Shown here one piece after another: positions 32,065 to 39,641 of a DNA stretch of 64,000 nucleotides (its first letter is position 1; each line of letters begins with the position of its first letter). The notes beneath the pieces were generated by a model. The model saw only the letters and a list, made by a program, of their open reading frames with translations. It had not been told where the DNA came from and searched no databases. A program made the translations under genes and the position numbers. The stretch spans positions 443,529-507,528 of the forward strand of contig OZ250145.1 in assembly GCA_965237565.1 (NCBI GenBank). The letters are read 5' to 3'. This stretch comes from Bdellovibrionales bacterium (lineage in GTDB: Bacteria > Bdellovibrionota > Bdellovibrionia > Bdellovibrionales > UBA1609).

Positions 32065-32223
32065 ATGAAAATAAAATTCGAGATTTTTTTCTTATGTTTT
32101 CTGCTTTCGATCGGTTTGCTTGTGTGGTTTTTTCCCAAATCGCTAGACTCTATCCAATTCTTGGGATTTTCCGATCCTCTTTTTATCTCCACAACAGAAG
32201 AAAAAGCAAAAACCAAAGAGTAA
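32065..32223 (+). CDS. possible 52-aa small membrane protein (not in the ORF track)
   Basis: My translation: MKIKFEIFFLCFLLSIGLLVWFFPKSLDSIQFLGFSDPLFISTTEEKAKTKE*. It has one clear TM helix and occupies an otherwise empty 200-bp convergent spacer. No obvious Shine-Dalgarno. Confidence 0.25.
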   Translation: MKIKFEIFFLCFLLSIGLLVWFFPKSLDSIQFLGFSDPLFISTTEEKAKTKE

Positions 32224-32250
32224 TCTTTTCATTTCAAACTTCTTGTATTT

Positions 32251-33819
32251 TTACTTGGCTCTACGTTCTAGTTTGTAGCCTTTCACCTTAGAAACTAAGG
32301 CAGCTCTTGAGATTCCCAATTTTTTTGCTACGCGTGTTTTATTCCATCCTTCTTCTCGCAAAGAGCGAGAAATAAGTTGGCGCTCCAAACTTGCGATTGC
32401 TTTTTTCATTACTTTGCCAGATTCTTTGCTGGAGGCAGAAAGGAGATACTGATTCCCGCTTTCTGTCGTAATTTTTTTAGAAAGCAGGTCCTCTTTGATA
32501 TAAGGATTATCACTAGAAAAAATGGCAATGCGTTCGGCTTCGTTTTGGAGTTCTCTTACGTTTCCCGGCCAAGAATATTGCACCAACTTTTCCATTGCCT
32601 TTTTTGTGAACACTTTGGGAATTCTACTGGCTCGGTTGATAAAAAACTCAGCTAATAAAGGAATATCGTCTTTCCTATCCCTGAGAGGAGGAACTTGTAA
32701 ATTGATGACGTTTAAACGATAATAAAGATCTTCCCGAAAAGTTCCCGCTTCGATCATTTGCTTCAGATTCTTATTTGTTGCCGCAATGATTCTTGCATTT
32801 ACTTTTTTTTGCTCCACACTTCCTACAGGAAAAAAAGTTCCATCTTGGATTACTCGCAATAGTTTGACTTGCATGGCTGGCGAAGTGTCTCCAATTTCAT
32901 CTAGAAAAAATGTCCCCTTATCAGCCATCTCAAATAATCCCTTTTTATCTCTATAAGCTCCAGTGAAGGAGCCTTTTAGATGGCCAAAAAGTTCTGATTC
33001 TAAGAGATTATCGTTTAAAGCGGAGCAGTTTTGAACAATAAAGTTTTCGTTTTGTCTCGGAGAGTTGTCATGAATGGATCGTGCAATGAGTTCCTTACCC
33101 GTTCCGTTTTCTCCTTGGATCAAAATGGTATTGTGTGAATATTTGATTTTTTCCAATAAGTTGTAAAGTTGGTGCATAGATTTTGATTTTCCCACCATGT
33201 TTCCATAACAAAGGCTGTTTGATTTTTTAATCTCCTTGATCTGATTTGTTTGCTCTGTATATTCCTTTTGAACCGATATAATTTCTTTTGCTATAAGTTC
33301 ACAAAGATCTATCAAGTAATTTTTGTCTTGCTCTTTTATTATAGATAGTTTTTTCACGTTTTCTTTACACCACTCTGATTCAAAACCAAGTGCCACCCAG
33401 TCCTTTATAGCTTGTTCTCTCTGGGATTCTTCTGTCAGAAAACCAGAGACGATAATAAAGCCACTAAAGTAAGACTCTGCTTGGATAGGAAGAATCAGTA
33501 AGTAAATTCCTGTAAGAGGCCATTTTTCTAAAACACAAAGTTGATTCATATTTATTGGTCGGCGATTGGCATCTAGAATTTCAAACAAGGATTGCTGAGC
33601 GGGTGTTTGTTGGAAAAGCTTTGTTAACAAAGGGTTTTCAAACTGGAGGGCTTGATTTTTCGTAAATTCTTTCCATTGAGTGGGGCTTTCCATAACACTT
33701 GCTGAGTCAGGAAAATCTCTCTCATCAATAATAGTGGTTTCGATTTGCCACCATGTTTTCAAAATCTCCATTATTATTCTAACGACATGAAGATTTTTTG
33801 CGTCTTTTAAAGTGAACAT
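32251..33819 (-). CDS. sigma-54-dependent transcriptional activator (bacterial enhancer-binding protein) with an unassigned ~200-aa N-terminal sensor domain
   Basis: 522 aa. AAA+ core ILIQGENGTGKELIARSIH, ESELFGHLKGSFTGA (GAFTGA-type loop), TFFLDEIGD, RIIAATN. C-terminal Fis-type HTH NKTRVAKKLGISRAAL. Confidence 0.92.
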   Translation of the reverse strand: MFTLKDAKNLHVVRIIMEILKTWWQIETTIIDERDFPDSASVMESPTQWKEFTKNQALQFENPLLTKLFQQTPAQQSLFEILDANRRPINMNQLCVLEKWPLTGIYLLILPIQAESYFSGFIIVSGFLTEESQREQAIKDWVALGFESEWCKENVKKLSIIKEQDKNYLIDLCELIAKEIISVQKEYTEQTNQIKEIKKSNSLCYGNMVGKSKSMHQLYNLLEKIKYSHNTILIQGENGTGKELIARSIHDNSPRQNENFIVQNCSALNDNLLESELFGHLKGSFTGAYRDKKGLFEMADKGTFFLDEIGDTSPAMQVKLLRVIQDGTFFPVGSVEQKKVNARIIAATNKNLKQMIEAGTFREDLYYRLNVINLQVPPLRDRKDDIPLLAEFFINRASRIPKVFTKKAMEKLVQYSWPGNVRELQNEAERIAIFSSDNPYIKEDLLSKKITTESGNQYLLSASSKESGKVMKKAIASLERQLISRSLREEGWNKTRVAKKLGISRAALVSKVKGYKLERRAK

Positions 33820-33909
33820 TTCTCACACCCCTTGTGGCTTTTTCTCACCATCATGAAGGGTGTATCGGGGCATAAGTGTCTAAACTTTAGACAGTTGTGA
33901 TGTTTTCTG

Positions 33910-33982
<73 letters not shown>

Positions 33983-34029
33983 TGCTACTTGACCAAATCT
34001 TTGTAAATGACTAAAGCCGTGATACAATA

Positions 34030-34257
34030 TTTTTCTCCATTTTTCATTAACAATTTTTGGCCCTAGCTCTTTACTTCCTGTGCAAAAATATGTTCAGTCC
34101 CCACAAAAAGAAATCCAGCCCACGAAGTAAAGTAAGAAGTCGAGTCCGCACAAAAAGAGGCTAGAAGAAAGAAAATCCAGTCCATAAAAAAGAAACTTCA
34201 TTCCATGTTGCAAAAAGAGATTTAATCCGTATAGGCAAAAGAAGCTCAGTTTCCCAC
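34030..34257 (-). ncRNA. candidate GGA-motif-rich RNA (CsrB/Rsm-like decoy?), hypothesis only
   Basis: 10 GGA on the minus strand versus 0 on the plus strand across the 275-nt spacer, partly inside degenerate ~22-nt repeats. No promoter or terminator could be defined. Confidence 0.25.
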
Positions 34258-35400
34258 TCACAAAATCCTCTTTAAAGCTTCTTTGAGATCGGATTTCAAA
34301 TCCTCCACATCTTCAATCCCCACACTGAGCCGGACCAAGTTTTCGCTGGGCGGATGAGGAGAACTGGCATGGGTCATACTCGCCGGATGTTCCACCAGCG
34401 ACTCAACCCCCCCAAGACTTTCTGCTAAGGTGAATATTTGCAAACTGCTTAAGAATTTAAATATTTGTTTTTTTTCGGCTTTTATCTGGAAGCTCATCAT
34501 TCCCCCAAAGCCAGACATTTGTCTGCATGCCAATTTGTATTGGGAATGAGAGGGCAAGCCGGGATAAAAAACCTTACTGATGAGTTTTTGTTTCTCCAAA
34601 TAGCTGGCTAGTTGCATGGCATTTTCTTGGTGAGCTTTCATTCGGACAGATAGGGTTTTTAAACTTCTCAAAAGCAAATAGGAATCAAAAGGAGAAAGAA
34701 TAGGGCCCAATGATTTGCTCCAAAAAGCTAGTGCTTCAGCTAGCTTTTTTTGTTTGGTCAACACCGCTCCAGCTAAAACATCAGAGTGTCCGCTCAAATA
34801 CTTGGTAGCGGAATGGACAACGATGTCGGCTCCTAAAAGCAAAGGCTTTTGAAAAAAAGGACTCATAAAAGTATTGTCTACGACCAGTAAGGTTTTTTGT
34901 TTTTTGGCAAGAGATGCAAGAAGAGTAAGATCAATCAATTTCATTTCTGGATTGGTAGGAGTCTCCACCCAGATCATTTTTGCAAAGCTTGGGATGTTTT
35001 TTATATTCTCTTTTTTTGACAAGTCCATAAGGAGAATTTTTATTCCCTTGGGTTTCAAAATTTTTGTGAGAATTCTTAAAGTCCCTCCGTAGAGATCTTT
35101 TTCAGCTACGAGAAGATTTCCGGGAGATAAAAATTCGAAAACTAAAGAAGAGGCAGCCACTCCGGAGGAGCAAGCAAAACAGTAGGGAGCTTCTTCCAGA
35201 GCAGACAAACAATCTTCGAAGGCCTTTCTGGTTGGATTTTTTACCCTAGAATATTCATATCCTTTATGTTTCCCAGGAGAATCTTGTGCGTAGGTGGAGG
35301 ATAAGGTGATGGGAGTCATGATCGCTCCGCTTGCCAGATCGGGAGTTTGTCCAGCATGGATCGCTCGAGTGGAAAATCCTTTCAGGTTTTTTTTTCTCAC
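34258..35400 (-). CDS. trans-sulfuration PLP enzyme (cystathionine gamma-synthase/gamma-lyase/beta-lyase family)
   Basis: 380 aa. FSTRAIHAGQ N-terminus, YSRVKNPT, PLP-lysine motif HSATKYLSGHSD, ESLGGVESL. Confidence 0.9.
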   Translation of the reverse strand: MRKKNLKGFSTRAIHAGQTPDLASGAIMTPITLSSTYAQDSPGKHKGYEYSRVKNPTRKAFEDCLSALEEAPYCFACSSGVAASSLVFEFLSPGNLLVAEKDLYGGTLRILTKILKPKGIKILLMDLSKKENIKNIPSFAKMIWVETPTNPEMKLIDLTLLASLAKKQKTLLVVDNTFMSPFFQKPLLLGADIVVHSATKYLSGHSDVLAGAVLTKQKKLAEALAFWSKSLGPILSPFDSYLLLRSLKTLSVRMKAHQENAMQLASYLEKQKLISKVFYPGLPSHSQYKLACRQMSGFGGMMSFQIKAEKKQIFKFLSSLQIFTLAESLGGVESLVEHPASMTHASSPHPPSENLVRLSVGIEDVEDLKSDLKEALKRIL

Positions 35401-35402
35401 GG

Positions 35403-36227
35403 CTATTCCTTTAAGAGGACAAGTAAACTAAGAGACCAGAGATAAAAAGCGAAAAAATGAAAAGATAGACTTTTTATTGAGCACAATACCCACTTTACAG
35501 CTAAATAGCCAAAAAACCAGGAAGTGAAAAATGCGAGAAAAAAATGTGACAAAGCTAAAAAATTCATTTTTTGGCTCAAGAGTTCAAACAAAAAAGCTCC
35601 GGCAATGACTGGGATGGCCATGAGGAAACTAAAAGAAACAGCCTGTTCCCTCGACAGTCCAGAGAACAAGGCCACTGAAATGGTCCAGCCGGAACGACTC
35701 ATCCCTGGGAAAAAGGCTAGCAGTTGAGCTACTCCAATGAGTAGTGCCTGAAGAAAAGAAACTTTCTTCCAATCTTTTCTCACAACTTCATTTGGTTGAG
35801 AGTTTTGTTGTTTTTTGTTTGGAATGAATCGAGTGGCAAATAAAATCACACCGGTAAGGAAGAAAGCTAGAGCGAGCCAAGATGTTTGCAAAAAACTCTT
35901 TTCAATTGCTGATTTTAAAAAAAAAGCCCCGATCAAAGAGGGTAAACTGGCAAAAGCTAGTAAGTAAATCACTCGAACTGGCCCATGAACATCTAGTGGC
36001 TTCTTATAAAAATCTTTTGTTAGTTGAAAGATATCTTTTTTGTAATAAGTGAGCAGAGACATTAAAGTCCCTAGGTGTAAAGTTAAAATGAGAGATAAAT
36101 TTAAAGGACTTAGGTTCCAGAGAGAATTGGCTAGTTGCAAGTGTCCAGAGCTTGAAATGGGTAAAAACTCAGACAAACCTTGTACCAAAGCTAATAAGAA
36201 AATTTTTATCTCTTCACTGAAAATCAT
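35403..36227 (-). CDS. uppP: undecaprenyl-diphosphate phosphatase
   Basis: 274 aa, polytopic. BacA/UppP motifs EFLPISSSGHL and FPGMSRSG. Confidence 0.9.
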   Translation of the reverse strand: MIFSEEIKIFLLALVQGLSEFLPISSSGHLQLANSLWNLSPLNLSLILTLHLGTLMSLLTYYKKDIFQLTKDFYKKPLDVHGPVRVIYLLAFASLPSLIGAFFLKSAIEKSFLQTSWLALAFFLTGVILFATRFIPNKKQQNSQPNEVVRKDWKKVSFLQALLIGVAQLLAFFPGMSRSGWTISVALFSGLSREQAVSFSFLMAIPVIAGAFLFELLSQKMNFLALSHFFLAFFTSWFFGYLAVKWVLCSIKSLSFHFFAFYLWSLSLLVLLKE

Positions 36228-37338
36228 GATCCCTTAAAATGATAGTTTCCCCATTTCTTACAAAAATTTTTTTTTGCCCTCTACTCTTATTTTTTTTCCA
36301 CTGAAGTTGATAGATACCAGGTCGGTTAAGAGAAAATTTTGAAGGAGAGTAAGCCGTTTGTCCTGCCAATTGCACATGAACCCATTGCTTCGTTCTAATC
36401 AGTACTGTGGAGGGGTGGGCTGGCTCAGAATCTTCTTTATCAGAAATAAAAGGATTGGTTATGAAAAGAGAAAATAAGAAAAATCCTGTAAAAAAAACCG
36501 TCCTCCAAGCTCTTTTTTTCCCTCTTCGGTATAGTGTTTGTTCCTTCGAAGGAAAAGAGTTCTTCTTGGAATGAAAACAATCTCCAAGCAATAAAGCTTG
36601 TTGTACCTGATTTCCCAAAAGAGATTTGGTTTCTGGTGAAAAAGGGAAAGAAATGGGCTTTCTTTTTTGGGAGATGGGATCCAAAAGAGAGTTTCCCTCT
36701 AAGAAAAAATGTTGATTACTCAGACCAATAATCTCTGTTTCTGAAAAAGATCCGATTAAAATTTTTTCTAAAACTCCTAAAGAAAAAAGGTCGGAAGAAA
36801 AATTTGGTTTTTGTAAAAAACTGATTTCAGGGGCTATGAAGGGTTGTGTTCCATAGATTTCATCTTCGTAGTTCGCGAGTCCATAATCCGTTAGATAAAC
36901 CTGCCCTTTTGTATCTATGAGGATATTTTCTAAACTCAAATCACCATGTGCCAATCCTATCTTCTTTAATTCCTTCAGTCCCGTAAGAACTTGGCTACAA
37001 ATGCAATTTTTTTCTTCTTCGCAGAGGCGAACTTTTTCCATAAACTGTTTTACATTTAAGCCGTGAATGTATTCTAAAATCAAAGCTGGTTGAGAAGCAA
37101 ATCTTTCAAACCCTAGTACTTTTACCAAATGGGAACTGTGTCTGGCCCTGAGTAAGGATTCCATTTGTAAAACGGGTAGATCCTTGATTTGTTGTTTAAA
37201 TACTTTAATCACTACAGATTGATGGATCTCTAAGACGTCATCTGAACGACGAGCTAGATAAACAAGACTTTTTTGCGTTTGACTGAGGATTTTTTGAATT
37301 TTATAGGAGCTTGGCTGAGGAAACATTTGATCAGGCAT
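36214..37338 (-). CDS. Hanks-type Ser/Thr protein kinase with a C-terminal TM and a small extracytoplasmic beta-rich domain
   Basis: 374 aa. VIKVF (ATP Lys), catalytic loop HGDLSLENILID, DYGLA, FIAPE. TM WRTVFFTGFFLFSLFI followed by a ~75-aa PEGA-like tail. Confidence 0.88.
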   Translation of the reverse strand: MPDQMFPQPSSYKIQKILSQTQKSLVYLARRSDDVLEIHQSVVIKVFKQQIKDLPVLQMESLLRARHSSHLVKVLGFERFASQPALILEYIHGLNVKQFMEKVRLCEEEKNCICSQVLTGLKELKKIGLAHGDLSLENILIDTKGQVYLTDYGLANYEDEIYGTQPFIAPEISFLQKPNFSSDLFSLGVLEKILIGSFSETEIIGLSNQHFFLEGNSLLDPISQKRKPISFPFSPETKSLLGNQVQQALLLGDCFHSKKNSFPSKEQTLYRRGKKRAWRTVFFTGFFLFSLFITNPFISDKEDSEPAHPSTVLIRTKQWVHVQLAGQTAYSPSKFSLNRPGIYQLQWKKNKSRGQKKIFVRNGETIILRDHDFQ

Positions 37339-37368
37339 GATCTTTTTTTAGATAAAAAAACTTAAAAG

Positions 37369-37818
37369 TCAAAAGTCTTTTTTAAAATACCAGTCGAAAA
37401 AATATCGACCAGAACGATCTCTTATTTGGTACTCTAAAACTGTTTTTCTCTTCTTCAGTTGTTCTAAGCAAAAGACAGAAAGGTATTCATTTTTCATCAT
37501 AAATGTTATTCGCTTTATTTGCTGTAAATGGGCCGAAAAATCTTGACATTTTTCATTTAGGTAACGAAAAGCTGATTTTTTCCCTCGAGGAGAATATTCT
37601 CTCTCCACCAATTCATAGCAAGAATAAGGGACTTTTTTGTTTTCTAACTGGAAAAAGCAAGATATCTCTAGGCGTTTCTTTGTCTTTTGCTTTTTAAGAT
37701 TTTGGTAAAATTCATAGAAATTTTTGCTGGCGATTAATTTATCGCTGGCCAGTAGCTCGAAGTTGAACAGAGCACTTCCAATGATGAAGAAGACGATTTT
37801 GATAAAGGTTTTTCTCAT
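37369..37818 (-). CDS. secreted/periplasmic hypothetical protein (149 aa, 5 Cys)
   Basis: I start at ATG 37818 (MRKTFIKIVFFIIGSALFNFELLASDK..., a signal peptide) with GGAGGAG 14 nt upstream. The track's longer N-terminus (IRGFGSYFAVWNL repeats) is just the 39-bp DNA repeat translated. Confidence 0.55.
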   Translation of the reverse strand: MRKTFIKIVFFIIGSALFNFELLASDKLIASKNFYEFYQNLKKQKTKKRLEISCFFQLENKKVPYSCYELVEREYSPRGKKSAFRYLNEKCQDFSAHLQQIKRITFMMKNEYLSVFCLEQLKKRKTVLEYQIRDRSGRYFFDWYFKKDF

Positions 37819-37875
37819 CGCTAAATTTTCAGCTCCTCCAAATTGAGAACCAAATCCACGAATCAAGTTCCAAAC

Positions 37876-37891
37876 TGCAAAATAAGAACCA
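37876..37891 (-). promoter_or_regulatory. sigma-54 -24/-12-like element (proximal copy)
   Basis: Minus strand TGGTTCTTATTTTGCA. It matches TGG-N8-TTGCA with the canonical 12-nt GG-to-GC spacing and spans the junction of repeat copies 1 and 2. The predicted start is ~47 nt upstream of ATG 37818. Confidence 0.35.
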
Positions 37892-37914
37892 AATCCACGA
37901 ATCAAGTTCCAAAC

Positions 37915-37930
37915 TGCAAAATAAGAACCA
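37915..37930 (-). promoter_or_regulatory. sigma-54 -24/-12-like element (distal copy)
   Basis: Identical TGGTTCTTATTTTGCA at the junction of repeat copies 2 and 3. Confidence 0.3.
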
Positions 37931-38002
37931 AATCCACGAATCAAGTTCCAAACTTACAAATCAAAAACTCCAACTTACATAAATCGGCTTTTTCAGGCTT
38001 TC

Positions 38003-38434
38003 TCACATGAGACGATCTTTGAGTTCCAGAATGAGGGGACCCAAAAAAAGGAGAAAAAAAGCTGGAACCTGAAATAAAAACAAAGGAGCCAAAGTCAAAA
38101 AAGGCAATCTTTGCACCTGCTCTTCTAAATCTTGCAGGCAAATGATTTTTAATTCTTCTTCTAACTCCTGCAAAACGGTCAAAATGGGTTCTCCTTCCAA
38201 ACCTCTCAGGAAAATATCGAAAATAATTTTTCTATAAGGATATTTTTTCAATTGAGGATCTTTGAATGCTTGTCCATTTTCTACACAAAAAATCCATAAA
38301 CTTGTTTTTTTTGCGAAAGGACAGTCTGAAAAATCTCGGATGTAAGATTGAATCGCAGAGCGAACAGAAAAACCGCTTTTGATTTTTAATTGTACTTGAA
38401 GCACAGCGTTTAACGGAGGAGCTAAATAGTCCAT
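38003..38434 (-). CDS. small TadC-like type II secretion system F-domain protein
   Basis: I start at ATG 38434 (MDYLAPPLNAVLQVQLKIKSGFSVRSAIQSYI...), 143 aa. The C-terminal LEGEPILTVLQELEEEL...VQRLPFLTLAPLFLFQVPAFFLLFLGPLI follows the T2SSF/TadC pattern. Overlaps the upstream gene by 13 nt. Confidence 0.55.
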   Translation of the reverse strand: MDYLAPPLNAVLQVQLKIKSGFSVRSAIQSYIRDFSDCPFAKKTSLWIFCVENGQAFKDPQLKKYPYRKIIFDIFLRGLEGEPILTVLQELEEELKIICLQDLEEQVQRLPFLTLAPLFLFQVPAFFLLFLGPLILELKDRLM

Positions 38435-39177
38435 TTTATTTTCCTTCCGCACTGAAGTAAAAATATTGTACCCAAAGCAAATAAGGCACTCGAAGTGAAT
38501 AAAATTTTGGGATATTTCAGCCCATATCGGTAAAGGATAAAAAATAACAGTCCTGTGTAAATGATAAGCAGTAAAAAAGACTGGATGCGAACTTGCAGAA
38601 TCGCCACCTGAACTTTCCTCCGAAAGCGTGTTCTCGTTCGCAATTGATGACGCAGGTTTTCCAAATGTTTGAGGCATTGGTGAGAGTGATCCGTTCTCTG
38701 CAGTTCCTCAATCATTTGTCGCATCGGAGAAAAAAGATATTCCTTTCTCATCCGCTTTGAAAGCAAAATAGAATCCAGTATGTCCATAAAATGATTTTGA
38801 AAATGTAAAGAGCTCATTGTTTGAATTGCCAGTTTAAATCCAGAGCGAAAACCGAGACCTACTTTAATTCTTGCAATCAATGAATTAAGAAAAAATTCAA
38901 ATTGTGTGAGAAATTGTTCCTTCCATATAAAAGTAAGTAGGGAGTGAATGAAAAAGGTAAGCCCAACTGGAATGTAAAGCAGACAAATTTGGACAAAAAA
39001 AGATTTTATCTGCAATTGAGTGAGTAAAAACACAAATAAAATACTAAAACCAATCCATATTTTCCAGACTATTGGAGATAAAAAGTTGTGCGATTGGCTG
39101 AACGGGGTGATTTTCCACAAAAACCAAAGACTGAGCAAAATGTGACAAAACAAAATGGCCTGATAAAGATCAAACAT
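38422..39177 (-). CDS. TadB-like type II secretion system F-domain membrane protein
   Basis: 251 aa. N-terminal TMs; FFLNSLIARIKVGLGFRSGFKLAIQ and LENLRHQLRTRTRFRRKVQVAILQVRIQSFLLLIIYTGLLFF parallel the in-window TadB (55415-56299) block for block. Confidence 0.6.
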   Translation of the reverse strand: MFDLYQAILFCHILLSLWFLWKITPFSQSHNFLSPIVWKIWIGFSILFVFLLTQLQIKSFFVQICLLYIPVGLTFFIHSLLTFIWKEQFLTQFEFFLNSLIARIKVGLGFRSGFKLAIQTMSSLHFQNHFMDILDSILLSKRMRKEYLFSPMRQMIEELQRTDHSHQCLKHLENLRHQLRTRTRFRRKVQVAILQVRIQSFLLLIIYTGLLFFILYRYGLKYPKILFTSSALFALGTIFLLQCGRKIKWTI

Positions 39178-39309
39178 CTTACGAAATGATTGTTATGCAA
39201 AAACCGTGCAAGTTTTTTATTTGACTGCGGAAGCCGATGGGTGGAGAATGGCTGGGAGCTGGATGGAATTTTTCATCATGCTGATCGTCTACCAACACGA
39301 GGAGGAGAA

Positions 39310-39543
39310 ATGGCTACAAGAAAAAGAAAGAAAGTCAGCCGAAAAAAAGTAAGTCGTAAGAAGAAAGTAAAAAAGAAAGCGACAAGAAAGAAAGTAAGTC
39401 GTAAGAAAAAAGTTAGAAGAAAGAAAGTAAGTCGTAAGAAAAAAGTTAGAAGAAAGAAAGTCAGAAGAAAGAAAGTAAGTCGTAAGAAAAAAGTTAGAAG
39501 AAAGAAAGTAAGTCGTAAGAAAAAAGCAAAAAGGAAGAGATAA
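39310..39543 (+). CDS. hyper-basic Lys/Arg repeat protein (77 aa; histone H1/Hc2-like composition)
   Basis: ATG 39310 preceded by GGAGGAGAA. MATRKRKKVSRKKVSRKKKVKKKATRKKVSRKKKVRRKKVSRKKKVRRKKVRRKKVSRKKKVRRKKVSRKKKAKRKR*. The underlying DNA is itself tandemly repeated. Followed by a strong hairpin. Confidence 0.7.
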   Translation: MATRKRKKVSRKKVSRKKKVKKKATRKKVSRKKKVRRKKVSRKKKVRRKKVRRKKVSRKKKVRRKKVSRKKKAKRKR

Positions 39544-39561
39544 GAAGGCTGTTGAAGAATG

Positions 39562-39583
39562 ATTTTTTTGTATACAAAAAAAT
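39562..39583. repeat. 22-bp perfect AT palindrome
   Basis: ATTTTTTTGTATACAAAAAAAT, an exact inverted repeat centred on GTATAC. Confidence 0.8.
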
Positions 39584-39600
39584 AAAATCGTTTTTTCTCT

Positions 39601-39641
39601 AAGATCTCCCGGAGAAGGTTCTTTTTCGGGAGATCTTTTTT
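39601..39641 (+). terminator. rho-independent terminator-like hairpin, ending 7 nt before the mdh start codon
   Basis: 11-bp stem AAGATCTCCCG / CGGGAGATCTT with a 15-nt loop, followed by TTTTTT. Confidence 0.7.

Larger units (their letters stand above)
37847..37954. repeat. 39-bp tandem direct repeat, 2.8 copies
   Basis: GAACCAAATCCACGAATCAAGTTCCAAACTGCAAAATAA at 37847-37885 and 37886-37924 (identical). The third copy, 37925-37954, is identical for 30 nt and then diverges. Confidence 0.95.

Noticed and set aside
33877-33893. Palindrome TGTCTAAACTTTAGACA, 17 nt downstream of tRNA-Phe (minus strand) and upstream of the sigma-54 activator gene. It could be a terminator or an operator.
   Set aside because: The stem is only 7 bp, is AT-rich and is not followed by a U-tract. 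I cannot distinguish a terminator from an operator from chance.
37819-37944. The N-terminal extension of track ORF 37369-37944 encodes MIRGFGSYFAVWNLIRGFGSYFAVWNLIRGFGSQ, which looks like a repeat peptide.
   Set aside because: It is simply the 39-bp (13-codon) DNA tandem repeat read in frame. A proper signal-peptide start with a GGAGGAG RBS exists at 37818, so I treat the repeat as non-coding promoter or leader DNA.
39190-39309. The track start at 39190 for the basic-protein ORF (MLCKNRASFLFDCGSRWVENGWELDG...).
   Set aside because: The internal ATG at 39310 has an excellent GGAGGAGAA RBS. The upstream part lies in the divergent promoter region and has no coding character.
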